Shown here piece after piece: positions 15,572-28,055 of a DNA stretch of 64,000 nt; the stretch's first letter is position 1; each line of letters starts with the position of its first letter. The stretch lies in the NCBI GenBank assembly GCA_017554835.1, contig JAFZHO010000039.1, positions 106 through 64,105 on the forward strand. Direction: 5' to 3'. The notes beneath the pieces were generated by a model, which searched no databases, was not told where the DNA came from, and worked only from the letters and a program-made list of their open reading frames with translations. The position numbers were made by a program, and so were the translations under genes. Source of the DNA: Clostridia bacterium (GTDB lineage Bacteria > Bacillota > Clostridia > Oscillospirales > RGIG7773).

Positions 15572-17179
15572 TTATTTACCAACGTATTTTGACGGGTTAA
15601 CGAAAGATCCGTTTCTCTGAATAGAGAAATGAAGATGGTTTCCGGTACTGTTACCCGTTGAACCGACTCTTGCGATAACTTCGCCTTTCGTTACTTTTGT
15701 TCCTGCCTTAACAAGAAGTTTTGAGCAGTGGGCATACCAGGTTCTGTAACCATTTCCGTGGTCAATTATAATAAGGTATCCGTAGCCCGTTCTATTCCAA
15801 CCGGATGAAACAACTCGTCCACCGTCTGCGGCATAAATAGCAGTTCCATAAGGAGCGGCAATATCAATAGCAGGATGAAGTCTTCCCCATCTATATCCAT
15901 AAGGAGAGGAAATATATCCTGCGCCGCAAGGCCATCTGAATTTGCCCGTTGGTGCAGTGGAAGGACGGGGTTTTGTTCCTACTAAAATAATTTTATCACG
16001 AGGTTTTGAAACGACCTCTTTGCTTATTACCTCTCGGTCAACTTCTTTTCCGTCGATATAGGTGGCCTTTGCAGTAACTGCAATAACGCCTTTTTTACCT
16101 GACTGCTTGACGGAAGTGCTTCCCTCATAAATATCCGAAGAAGACTGTTTTACGGTTTCGAAATCGGTATATTCTTCATAGACAATATCTCTCACGAATT
16201 TAACGGAAAGATAAGGTTCAGGGTTTGAGGTATTTAAAACCGTTCCCGCTTCAAGCTCATCGAAATCAACATTGGGGTTATAGTTTTTGAGTTTCGTTTT
16301 GCTGATATCAAGTTTAAGAGAAATAGTTGAGAGAGTCTCGCCTTCTTCTACTGCGTAGAAGGTGGAGCTACTAACGTCGGTAACGATCTCTCTTATTTCT
16401 GCCTCGGTTTTAAGGGATGCCTTGGGGTGCATTGCTTTATCGATTTTAACGTCCTTGATAAACTCAACCTGCCCCTCGTGAGCTTTTTTTGCGTAGGGGG
16501 CTTTTACCTCTTCGAGAAGGGATTCGATAAGACCGTTTTGCGAGGTGGAGGCAACCAAGGTTCCGTCAATATAAAGACCATAGGTGATTCCAACGTCGTC
16601 TTTTGCCTCGTTAAAGAATCGGTCATAAAGTTTCTGACCTTCGGTATAACCACCTTTTTTAACAAGGGCAACGGAATATTTTGGAGTCTCCGTAATGGAA
16701 TAGGTTTCGCCGATTTTAAAAGAAATATCTTCCTCAACTTTATTAACAAGGATATTGATATCATTCTGATTCTGAACGTATCCGATAACGTCGCCTTTAT
16801 AGGATACTTTGAGAGCAATATCAACGTTATTCACAGTGAGCAAAAATCCCAGAATAAGTCCAAGCGTTCCCGCTATGCTCCAATGACGTCGCAGTAATAA
16901 ACCGACCCATCTTGCCGCAAGGACGATATTCTCCCTCGTTATAAAAGGAAGAAGTCTTTTGAATACCCCTCTTATAAAATCAAAAACGTATAAAAACAAA
17001 AGGATAACGAAATATCCGATTTTAGTAACGTTTTTTCTGCCAAATGCGTAAGAAAGGGTATACGCAGCGTTAATGGTTTTGTTTCCTATAAAAACTATAA
17101 AATTATATAAATTTTTCAAAAACGATATCAAATTAAAGTTTGGGGACTGATTTTCTTTTTTTGAAAATAAGCGTTTCAT
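15572..17179 (-). CDS. M23 family peptidoglycan metalloendopeptidase with an N-terminal membrane anchor plus LysM and G5-like domains
   Basis: M23 motifs HPAIDIAAPYGT and GNSTGNHLHFSI. LysM-like segment YAVEEGETLSTISLKLDISKTKLKNYNP. G5-like segment VKQSGKKGVIAVT...ILVGTK. Confidence 0.85.
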   Translation of the reverse strand: MKRLFSKKENQSPNFNLISFLKNLYNFIVFIGNKTINAAYTLSYAFGRKNVTKIGYFVILLFLYVFDFIRGVFKRLLPFITRENIVLAARWVGLLLRRHWSIAGTLGLILGFLLTVNNVDIALKVSYKGDVIGYVQNQNDINILVNKVEEDISFKIGETYSITETPKYSVALVKKGGYTEGQKLYDRFFNEAKDDVGITYGLYIDGTLVASTSQNGLIESLLEEVKAPYAKKAHEGQVEFIKDVKIDKAMHPKASLKTEAEIREIVTDVSSSTFYAVEEGETLSTISLKLDISKTKLKNYNPNVDFDELEAGTVLNTSNPEPYLSVKFVRDIVYEEYTDFETVKQSSSDIYEGSTSVKQSGKKGVIAVTAKATYIDGKEVDREVISKEVVSKPRDKIILVGTKPRPSTAPTGKFRWPCGAGYISSPYGYRWGRLHPAIDIAAPYGTAIYAADGGRVVSSGWNRTGYGYLIIIDHGNGYRTWYAHCSKLLVKAGTKVTKGEVIARVGSTGNSTGNHLHFSIQRNGSFVNPSKYVGK

Positions 17180-17258
17180 TTAAGAAATCATCTCCTTACT
17201 AATTTAAAAGACATAGAATAATAATACCCTATTTTAAAGAAAAAAACAAGAGAAAACG

Positions 17259-18449
17259 CTACTTTTGGTGGAGAAAATCCATAATTTCCTGCCTGTTATT
17301 AGGAATATTGCCTTCCAAAACCTGATTTAAGACCAGATTCAAGGTTTCGCCGATTATTTTCCCTTTTGGGTATCCCAGAGAGATAAGGTCGTTTCCATCT
17401 ACCTTCAAATCGGAAATATAAAGGCACTGTTTCTGAGAAATTATATGGTCAAGGGCCTTTAAAACAAAGGGTTTATTAAAATTTTCCGTGCCGAAAAGGG
17501 ATTTTAACTCAATGAGAGTTCTGAAATTTTCCTCCTTTAAAAAGGCAAGGCATTTTTTTATTTCCAAATCAGTTGAAAGGGGAGTTTTTACTTGGGAAAG
17601 TATAGATAAAACCGATGAGATGGTTTTTTTATCGTATTTCAGATTTTTCAGAATGGTTTCTGAATTTTCAAGGGGCAAAAAGTATAGAATGCCGCAAAGT
17701 CGGGGGATTATATAGGGGGGAAGGGATGATATTTTTTGAGAGGTATTAATTCCCTTTGCAAAAATATCAAAGACGGGAGAAAAAGCGTCCAAAACCTTAT
17801 GGGCATTTTCTCCGCAGATTAAAAGGGAAAATTCCTTATTTATTCTTTCTGAGGCAATATTATTAAGAAGGTCTTTTTTTTCGCAAATTGCCTCAGCGGT
17901 TTTTCCCTCTATCTCAAAAGAAAGACAAGAAGAAAACCTCAAAGCCCGTAAAATTCGAAGAGCATCCTGGGAAAAACGTTTCTCGGGGTCGCCAACGCAG
18001 CGGATAATTCTTTTTTTTATATCTTTTCTGCCTTCAAAGGGGTCAAAGAAAGATGTTTTTTCGTTATAGGCAATGGCGTTTACGGTAAAATCCCGTCTTT
18101 CAAGGTCGGATAAAAGATTTTTGGTGAAAGAAACTTTTTCGGGATGGCGGTTATCGGAATATTCCCCATCTATTCTGAAAGAGGTTATCTCTATTGGGTG
18201 AGAATCTATCAAAACCGTAACCGTGCCGTGTTTCAGCCCTGTTTCTATGGTTTTATACTCTGAAAAAACCGAAAGAATTTCAGAGGGGGTGGCGCTTGTT
18301 GCAATATCTATATCAAAAAACTCTCTGCATAAAAGAAAATCACGAACGCATCCACCAACGGCGTAAGCTTCAAACCCCGATTTTTCCAGGGTTGCTATGG
18401 CTTTTTGCGCGTGTAAAGGTAGAAAGTTCGTGATTACCATTTTATTCAT
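17259..18449 (-). CDS. cca: CCA-adding tRNA nucleotidyltransferase / poly(A) polymerase family
   Basis: Motifs GGCVRDFLL...FDIDIAT, the RDFTVNA motif and RALRF. Confidence 0.85.
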   Translation of the reverse strand: MNKMVITNFLPLHAQKAIATLEKSGFEAYAVGGCVRDFLLCREFFDIDIATSATPSEILSVFSEYKTIETGLKHGTVTVLIDSHPIEITSFRIDGEYSDNRHPEKVSFTKNLLSDLERRDFTVNAIAYNEKTSFFDPFEGRKDIKKRIIRCVGDPEKRFSQDALRILRALRFSSCLSFEIEGKTAEAICEKKDLLNNIASERINKEFSLLICGENAHKVLDAFSPVFDIFAKGINTSQKISSLPPYIIPRLCGILYFLPLENSETILKNLKYDKKTISSVLSILSQVKTPLSTDLEIKKCLAFLKEENFRTLIELKSLFGTENFNKPFVLKALDHIISQKQCLYISDLKVDGNDLISLGYPKGKIIGETLNLVLNQVLEGNIPNNRQEIMDFLHQK

Positions 18450-19158
18450 TATCCTTTGAAATTTTTATTTCATGATTTTTTTCGTCGAGAAAGACTTTTC
18501 TCGTTCTGAATTTTTTATCTCTTATATACTTATCGATAACAACGGCAAGGGCAACTGCTGTGATAATAAAAAGCCCAAGTCCCATTCCCATAAATATAAC
18601 TCCGATAAAAAAGCTTTTTCCGTTAAAGGCAAAAATACTTCCGAAAGAAAACAATAATGCCAGGCATAGCCCCAAAAATACTACGAAGCATTTATGGAAA
18701 ATCCATTTTAAAGTGGCAGATTTATTTGAAATGCATTTTTGATTCTGGGAGGAGATTTTTACGTCATTCTCGCAGCTGATATCAAGAGAATATTTAGTAA
18801 AATCTCTTCCTTCGGAAAGCTCCATAAGTTTTATATTAACGGTTCCGTCACCGTGAACCTCCAAAATCCCTTCCATAGAAACGAAATAGGGACTTTCCTC
18901 ATATTTATAGGGTTTTGCATCGGTGAGACGGGAAACCATTTTAATAGTATCGTCCACGGGAGTGCTTTTTGAGAAAAAGTTATTCTGAATTATCTCGATA
19001 ATATGCTTACCTTCGGAAAGTTCAACCTCTTTTTTTCCTTCAATAAGGGAAACAGGGTCCATAAAATCAAGGGGGTTGCCGTTTATAATAATATCATAAA
19101 CGGGGTATTTATTTTCGTAGGCCTTTTCAAACTGAAAGGTTACTTTGCAAGTTGACAA
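18442..19158 (-). CDS. Hypothetical membrane protein: soluble N-terminal domain plus 2-3 C-terminal TM helices
   Basis: ORF with hydrophobic segments (FVVFLGLCLALLFSFGSIFAF, FFIGVIFMGMGLGLFIITAVALAVVI). It overlaps the cca start by 8 nt. No family recognised. Confidence 0.5.
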   Translation of the reverse strand: MSTCKVTFQFEKAYENKYPVYDIIINGNPLDFMDPVSLIEGKKEVELSEGKHIIEIIQNNFFSKSTPVDDTIKMVSRLTDAKPYKYEESPYFVSMEGILEVHGDGTVNIKLMELSEGRDFTKYSLDISCENDVKISSQNQKCISNKSATLKWIFHKCFVVFLGLCLALLFSFGSIFAFNGKSFFIGVIFMGMGLGLFIITAVALAVVIDKYIRDKKFRTRKVFLDEKNHEIKISKDNE

Positions 19159-19170
19159 GTAGTATTCCTC

Positions 19171-20133
19171 CTAAATCAGTTGTCTGATATCTCTTCCTTT
19201 AAAAAGAAGAAGGTCGTGATACCCCATAAGGCGGGAAACAATACGGTTTTCGTATTTTTTCATAAGGCCGTCGGGCTCAAGGTTTGTTGTGATAAGATTC
19301 AAAAGTCCCTTTTCCTGGCGAATATTTAGGATATTATATAGCATAGCGGTGGAAAAAGGAGTAACCATTTCGCTTCCAAGGTCATCGATAATCAGAAGTG
19401 AACAGTTCATAATTTTATCGGTATATTCATAGCCGATATTTGAGTATTTTTCTTTTTCGGTTTTGTCGAAAAGGTTTTGAGCATAGTCAAAAACTACGTC
19501 TTCTCCCTGCTCAACAAGACAGTTATAAACGCACTTTGATAGAAAAGTTTTGCCCGTGCCGGTATTTCCCGCAAAGATAATTCCCTTTTTGTTTTGAGTA
19601 AGGGTGCGACAAAATTCCTCGGCACGAGATTTAACGAAAGTCATATAATCATACTCGGAAATCTCCTCTGCAACGAGGTGGTCTTTTCGGTAGTAGTTAA
19701 GGTCAAAAGCAGAAAAAGTATTTTCCATTGCTTTTGCCGCGTTTTTAAGAAGACGGATTTCTTCTTTTTTTAATTCTTCTTTGAAGCATTGGCAAGTTTC
19801 TGCCCCTATAAATCCGTAATCGCTGCATTTATCGCAATTATATTTAAGATCCAGATAATCCTCGGGAAGATTCATACTTTTTAGAAGAGATTTGCGTTTT
19901 TCTTTAAGTTCTTTGTCTTTCTTTTTGGCGTTTTCCAGGGAGGCAGAGCCGCCGCTTAGAGCCAAACGGGTAAAGGTGGAAAGATTTGAGATAATTTCTT
20001 TATCGATTTCGGCAATTTCGGGATTTGACTCGTGAATGGAGTTTTTTCTCTTTTCAAAAGCAGCCATCTTTTCCTGCCTTGTTTTTTGAAAGAGGGATTT
20101 AACGTTTTGATATGCTATTTTCTGATAGTTCAT
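19171..20133 (-). CDS. DnaI/DnaC-like helicase-loader AAA+ ATPase
   Basis: Walker A GNTGTGKTFL and Walker B LLIIDDLGSE. An N-terminal Cys cluster (CDKC...CQC) resembles the DnaI zinc domain. Confidence 0.75.
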   Translation of the reverse strand: MNYQKIAYQNVKSLFQKTRQEKMAAFEKRKNSIHESNPEIAEIDKEIISNLSTFTRLALSGGSASLENAKKKDKELKEKRKSLLKSMNLPEDYLDLKYNCDKCSDYGFIGAETCQCFKEELKKEEIRLLKNAAKAMENTFSAFDLNYYRKDHLVAEEISEYDYMTFVKSRAEEFCRTLTQNKKGIIFAGNTGTGKTFLSKCVYNCLVEQGEDVVFDYAQNLFDKTEKEKYSNIGYEYTDKIMNCSLLIIDDLGSEMVTPFSTAMLYNILNIRQEKGLLNLITTNLEPDGLMKKYENRIVSRLMGYHDLLLFKGRDIRQLI

Positions 20134-21077
20134 TATTTACCCTCCTTGCCTTCTTTGATGGTTTTTTCGATTGCACCTTTGAAATATTTATCTATATCGT
20201 AGTTAGGAGTATCGTAGTCCTGAGTTTTTGGAGAAGGATTTGCTTTTTTATATTCTTCTACCTGAACGGGAGTTTTAAGCCCCAAACGAGCCCAAACGTC
20301 AAGAAGTTTATTCATATAGGCAAAAGATAATCTGCCTGTTCTGTCCGCGGCAATATCGTAGGCCTTTTTGATAAGGTCGGTACTTGCTTTTTGCTCGTTT
20401 AACCATAAAGATATATATTTTTTCTCGTTTTCGGTAAAGGCACGGTTAATTCCAAGAAGATTTTTGATTTTTGAAACGGCTTTTTGGAATTTTTCCTGCT
20501 CCATAAGATATTTATCTGCTTTTTCGAGAGTGTTGATTCCGTTTTTGCTCCAGGTGGCGCAGACTTTTTCGATATATGCGATGCCGGTTTTTCCAAGGGC
20601 TTTGCAGTAACTTACGCAAGTGAGAATAACCTCAAAAGGCAACCCGTGGTAATCATAAATTCCATAAAGTTTAACGAGGTCGCTTTTTGAAATGGTATGG
20701 CCGATAAGTTCCTCGTATTGAAAAACAAAAGAGGAAAACTCGCTTTCCGCCATTTTATCCTGGATTTCGGAAATATCGTAATTCGGCGTAAGTTCGTTTT
20801 TGCGAACAATATTATTAACAAGATAAAATCTGCCGTTTTTCTCTGCCATAACGCCTTTTTCCCGCCAGAAATTAAAGGATGCTTCAATTCGGGAAGAAGA
20901 TAGCCCCGTATCCTTTTTCAAAAGTTCTATAGAAAGTTTGGTGTTCTGATTTCTGAGAAGATATAAAATTATCTTAAGATCGCTTTCGGAAGCGTCTTTC
21001 AGATGAAGGTCAACGATATCCGACGGCACCATAAAAAATCTGCCGTATAAGGACATATCAAATATTATATTTTCCAT
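20133..21077 (-). CDS. DnaD/DnaB-type replication initiation protein (DnaD-domain)
   Basis: Two DnaD-like repeat regions (e.g. LYGIYDYHGLPFEVILTCVSY; ISLWLNEQKASTDLIKKAYD). It sits immediately upstream of the dnaI-like gene with a 1-nt overlap. The start at 21077 follows GAGGAGG. Confidence 0.65.
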   Translation of the reverse strand: MENIIFDMSLYGRFFMVPSDIVDLHLKDASESDLKIILYLLRNQNTKLSIELLKKDTGLSSSRIEASFNFWREKGVMAEKNGRFYLVNNIVRKNELTPNYDISEIQDKMAESEFSSFVFQYEELIGHTISKSDLVKLYGIYDYHGLPFEVILTCVSYCKALGKTGIAYIEKVCATWSKNGINTLEKADKYLMEQEKFQKAVSKIKNLLGINRAFTENEKKYISLWLNEQKASTDLIKKAYDIAADRTGRLSFAYMNKLLDVWARLGLKTPVQVEEYKKANPSPKTQDYDTPNYDIDKYFKGAIEKTIKEGKEGK

Positions 21078-21221
21078 AAAAACGCCTCCTCGAAAATTCC
21101 GTATGCAACAATTATACCATATTAAATAATCCAAAATCAACTCGAAAGGATATAAAGTTGATAAGATGCGAGTTTTATGGTATTATAAAATAGAATTAAT
21201 ATGGTCAAAAGGAGAAAATTT

Positions 21222-22337
21222 ATGGATATTAGATTTGACGATATAAAATATAAACTAAATAATATGCAGTCGGATATTTCTGATCTTTACGATGCTATGA
21301 ATATAAAAAAAGGGGAGGAACAGGTAGAAATTCTTAATAAAGAGTCTGCTGCCCCTGATTTTTGGGATGACCAGGAAAATAGCCAAAAGGTTCTGAAAAA
21401 ACTCAAAAACCTTAAAGATTCCATCGAGGGATATTATAAACTTAAAACTCTTTATGAAGATACCCTTACCCTTATCGAGATGGCAAAAGAACTTGACGAT
21501 GATAGTCAGATAGACGAGGTTTTGGAAAATTACGAAAAAGTTTGTCAGGACCTTGAAAGTCAGAGATTAAAAACCCTATTAAAAGGGGAATACGATACCT
21601 TTAATGCAATTATAACCTTCCACGCAGGCGCAGGGGGAACCGAGGCGCAAGACTGGGCGCAGATGCTTTATAGAATGTATACAAGATGGGCAGAGCGCAA
21701 AGGGTTCAAATATTCCGTTATTGATTATCTCGACGGTGATGAGGCGGGAATAAAGTCTGCTTCTATCCTTATTGAGGGCGAATATGCCTACGGATTTCTA
21801 AAAAGCGAGATGGGAGTTCATAGACTTGTTAGAATTTCGCCTTTTGATGCATCGGGCCGTCGACATACTTCTTTTGCAAGTATAGAAATTATGCCTGAGT
21901 TCAACGACGAAATCGAAATAGAAATAAAAGACGAGGATTTGAGAATCGATACTTACCGAAGCGGTGGCGCAGGTGGTCAGCATATTAATAAAACGGATTC
22001 CGCAGTAAGAATTACTCATATTCCAACGGGAATTGTTACTGCTTGTCAGAACGAGAGAAGTCAGCATCAGAATAAAGATATGGCTATGAAAATGCTTAAA
22101 TCCAAACTTCTTGAAATTAAAGAGAGAGAGCAGCTTGAAAAAATCGAGGATATTAAAGGCGTTCAAAAAGAGATCGCCTGGGGAAGCCAGATAAGATCTT
22201 ACGTATTTATGCCTTATACCCTTGTTAAAGACCATAGAACAGATTTCGAAAACGGCAACGTAACTGCGGTTATGGATGGCGATTTGGATGGATTTATAAA
22301 CGCTTACCTAAAAAGTCAGGTAAAAAATGAGGATTAA
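21222..22337 (+). CDS. prfB: Peptide chain release factor 2, contiguous ORF with no programmed frameshift
   Basis: SPF tripeptide (RISPFDASGRRHTSF) and GGQ motif (SGGAGGQHINKT). The ATG at 21222 follows AAAGGAG. Confidence 0.95.
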   Translation: MDIRFDDIKYKLNNMQSDISDLYDAMNIKKGEEQVEILNKESAAPDFWDDQENSQKVLKKLKNLKDSIEGYYKLKTLYEDTLTLIEMAKELDDDSQIDEVLENYEKVCQDLESQRLKTLLKGEYDTFNAIITFHAGAGGTEAQDWAQMLYRMYTRWAERKGFKYSVIDYLDGDEAGIKSASILIEGEYAYGFLKSEMGVHRLVRISPFDASGRRHTSFASIEIMPEFNDEIEIEIKDEDLRIDTYRSGGAGGQHINKTDSAVRITHIPTGIVTACQNERSQHQNKDMAMKMLKSKLLEIKEREQLEKIEDIKGVQKEIAWGSQIRSYVFMPYTLVKDHRTDFENGNVTAVMDGDLDGFINAYLKSQVKNED

Positions 22338-22340
22338 AAA

Positions 22341-22979
22341 ATGAGAGCAAGAAAAAGAAAAAATACCCCAACCCGTATGGAAAATTGTAGCGATATATGG
22401 GTAAAAGACTATAAAAACCATAAAGGAAAATGGAATATATTATTCGGCAACCAAAACCCAATCCACCTGGAAATCGGATGTGGAAAAGGGGATTTCGTTT
22501 TGGGGATGGCAAAACTTTACCCTGATATAAATTTCGTTGCGGTGGAAAAATTCCCCGACGTTATCGTTCTTGCTATGGAGAAGATTAAGTCTGCCGAACT
22601 TAAAAACGTGCTATTTATTTCCGCCGATGCAAAAGAACTTTGCGAGACTTTCAAAAAAGGGGAAGTTGAGCGAATTTATCTTAATTTCTCCGACCCCTGG
22701 CCAAGAAATAAAAACAGTAAACGCCGTTTGACTCACGAGAATTTTCTGAATATTTATAAAAAACTTCTCAGAAAAGGTCAGTTTATATATTTCAAAACCG
22801 ATAATAAAAAACTATTTGAGTTTTCTTTGAATGAATTTTGCCGTTGCAATTTTCTATTGCAGAATATTTCCCTTGATCTACATAACAGTAATATGGAAAA
22901 TAACGTAATGACAGAATACGAGAAAAACTTTTCCGAAAAGGGATTTCCCATTTATCGACTTGAAGCAATGTATAAATAA
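22341..22979 (+). CDS. trmB: tRNA (guanine-N7)-methyltransferase
   Basis: LEIGCGKGDF SAM motif and FSDPWPK/R motif (NFSDPWPRNK). Confidence 0.9.
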   Translation: MRARKRKNTPTRMENCSDIWVKDYKNHKGKWNILFGNQNPIHLEIGCGKGDFVLGMAKLYPDINFVAVEKFPDVIVLAMEKIKSAELKNVLFISADAKELCETFKKGEVERIYLNFSDPWPRNKNSKRRLTHENFLNIYKKLLRKGQFIYFKTDNKKLFEFSLNEFCRCNFLLQNISLDLHNSNMENNVMTEYEKNFSEKGFPIYRLEAMYK

Positions 22980-25837
<2,858 letters not shown>

Positions 25838-25838
<1 letters not shown>

Positions 25839-25868
25839 AAAAACTCCCCGTTTTTACGGGGAGTTTTT
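25838..25868. terminator. Bidirectional terminator hairpin
   Basis: Stem aaactccccg/cggggagttt flanked by A- and T-runs. Confidence 0.75.
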
Positions 25869-25869
25869 G

Positions 25870-26658
25870 CTATAATATTATCTTTTCGCTTATTTTATCA
25901 AAGTCGGCGACGGAGAGGGTATAGTCGGTATTTTTTGCCCCGTGGGAGCTAAGGGCTTCTCTTGCGCTTTCAAGGGCGAGGGAAGGCAGATTATTCTCAC
26001 GGCTCAGATGCCCCAAAACGAACTGGTCGGTTTTTGTTTCTAAAAGCTTAACAATAAACTTTGCGCAGTTTTCGTTGGATAAATGCCCGAAATCCGAAAG
26101 AATTCTTCTTTTCAGAGGGTATGGGTATTTAGGGTTTGATAATAGCATATTCACGTCGTGGTTTGATTCAATAAGAACTTTATCGCAGGTGATAAGATTT
26201 TTCTCAACGTCCTCGCAGATTTTTCCTATATCCGTTGCGATGCCAAGTTTTTTATCTCCGTTAAAAATGGTATATCCCATACTGTCGGCGCTATCGTGCC
26301 AGGTATTAAAAGGGGTAATCTCTATATCGTTTATGTAAAACGGTTTATCTTTTTCTACTATTTTATATAACGAAGCGTCTATCTCGGGGTAGATGGTTTT
26401 TATTTTTTCCACCGTTTTTTCGTTTGCATAAATGGGAACGGGGAATTTTTTTATAAAGGTTTTGAGAGAATTTATATGGTCGGAATGTTCGTGGGTGATG
26501 AGAATTCCCTGAATTTCGCTATACGAACTATCAAGTTCCGCGAGGGCTTTTGAAATTTTTCGAAAACTTCCGCCACAGTCGATAAGTATGGTGGCTTTAT
26601 CTTTATAGATATAGGAATTTCCCGTGCTTCCGCTGAATAATGAACAAAAATAGCCCAT
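25870..26658 (-). CDS. MBL-fold metallo-hydrolase (YycJ/WalJ-like)
   Basis: HEHSDH metal-binding motif. About 260 aa, located downstream of a WalRK-like two-component system. Confidence 0.75.
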   Translation of the reverse strand: MGYFCSLFSGSTGNSYIYKDKATILIDCGGSFRKISKALAELDSSYSEIQGILITHEHSDHINSLKTFIKKFPVPIYANEKTVEKIKTIYPEIDASLYKIVEKDKPFYINDIEITPFNTWHDSADSMGYTIFNGDKKLGIATDIGKICEDVEKNLITCDKVLIESNHDVNMLLSNPKYPYPLKRRILSDFGHLSNENCAKFIVKLLETKTDQFVLGHLSRENNLPSLALESAREALSSHGAKNTDYTLSVADFDKISEKIIL

Positions 26659-26716
26659 ATAAATCTCCTTTCTTAAAATATTCGCCTTGACAATACTGCC
26701 AAGGCGATTTTTATTA

Positions 26717-28012
26717 TTATATTACGTCTTTTATAACGCTGCCGTCGGGAATAGAGACTTTTTTAATATCAGCGCCAAGACTTCTCAATTTTTCTACCAA
26801 GTTTTCGTAGCCACGTTCGATATAATGGATATCAAGAACCTCTGTTCTGCCCTCGGCAATAAGCCCTGCAATAACAAGGGCTGCGCCTGCTCTCAAATCG
26901 CAGGAGCTAACGGGAGCGCCCATAAGAGAAGAAACTCCCTCAACTACGGCAACCTTGCCGTCAACCTGAATCTCGGCGCCCATTTTATTCAGTTCGCCAA
27001 CGTAGCGGAAACGATGGTCATATACGCCCTCGGTTACGATGCTTGTCCCCTTTGCGATAGAAAGAAGAGTGGTAAACTGAGGTTGCATATCCGTTGGGAA
27101 ACCGGGATAATAATAGGTTTTTATATTAGTTTTTGTTAGTGGGTTTTTATAGAAAACGCGAACGGCATCATCGTATTCCTCAACGCCAACCCCTGCTTCG
27201 ATAAGTTTTGCAGTGATGCATTCAAGATGCTTTGGAATTACGTTTTTTATAGTAACGTCGCCCAAAGTTGCCGCCGCCGCAACCATATAAGTTCCCGCTT
27301 CTATCTGGTCGGGGATAATGGTATAGGTAGCACCAAAAAGTTTAGGAACGCCGTTAATTTTTATAACGTCGGTTCCTGCACCTTTAACGTCGGCGCCCAT
27401 TGTATTCAAAAAGTTTGCCAAATCAACTATATGAGGTTCTTTTGCGGCATTTTCGATAATGGTCTGGCCCTCTGCCTTTGCTGCTGCAAGCATAATATTG
27501 ATAGTTGCGCCAACGCTTGCCATATCAAGATAAATAGAGGTTCCTATAAGTTTATCAACGCTTGCTACTATGCAGCCGCCGTCTGCCTGAATCTCGGCAC
27601 CAAGAAGGGTAAAGCCCTTGAGATGCTGGTCAATGGGACGAACTCCGAAATCGCAACCGCCCGGCATGGGAACGGCGCATTTGCCGCATCTTCCAAGGAG
27701 CGCTCCGATAAGATAGCAGGAAGCGCGCATTTTTGCGGGAAGGTCGGGGGGAGCTTCAAAGGTTCTGACGCCGTCGCAGTTAATCTCAACGGTGGAAGAA
27801 TCGATATAGCGAACGGTGGCGCCCATTGTATATAAAATTTCAAGCATTAGTTTGACGTCGCTGATATTGGGAAGGTTTTCGATAATGCAGGGTCCGTCTG
27901 CAAGAAGGGTAGCGGGAATTACTGCAACGGCAGCATTTTTAGCACCGGCAATCTCAACACTGCCGATGAGTTTTTTGTTGCCGTGTATAACGTATTTTTC
28001 CAAAAATATCAT
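26717..28012 (-). CDS. murA: UDP-N-acetylglucosamine 1-carboxyvinyltransferase
   Basis: VEIAGAKNAA near the N-terminus and the active-site loop PGGCDFGVRPIDQHLKG with Cys retained. Full-length EPSP-synthase fold. Confidence 0.93.
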   Translation of the reverse strand: MIFLEKYVIHGNKKLIGSVEIAGAKNAAVAVIPATLLADGPCIIENLPNISDVKLMLEILYTMGATVRYIDSSTVEINCDGVRTFEAPPDLPAKMRASCYLIGALLGRCGKCAVPMPGGCDFGVRPIDQHLKGFTLLGAEIQADGGCIVASVDKLIGTSIYLDMASVGATINIMLAAAKAEGQTIIENAAKEPHIVDLANFLNTMGADVKGAGTDVIKINGVPKLFGATYTIIPDQIEAGTYMVAAAATLGDVTIKNVIPKHLECITAKLIEAGVGVEEYDDAVRVFYKNPLTKTNIKTYYYPGFPTDMQPQFTTLLSIAKGTSIVTEGVYDHRFRYVGELNKMGAEIQVDGKVAVVEGVSSLMGAPVSSCDLRAGAALVIAGLIAEGRTEVLDIHYIERGYENLVEKLRSLGADIKKVSIPDGSVIKDVI

Positions 28013-28055
28013 CCCCAATACAATTATTCATATTATTATAACATTTTAGAAATAT

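Noticed and set aside
21222-21330. Expected programmed +1 frameshift site (CUU UGA C) in prfB.
   Set aside because: The RF2 reading frame is contiguous from the ATG at 21222 with no in-frame UGA. A sizeable minority of bacteria lack the frameshift, so this is not anomalous.
26687-27843. Long antisense ORFs inside murA (150 aa and 202 aa on the + strand).
   Set aside because: These are shadow ORFs opposite a strongly supported, well-conserved gene. They have no RBS and low-complexity products. The same applies to the 206-aa ORF antisense to the ROK kinase (38544-39164) and the 156-aa ORF antisense to the M23 peptidase.
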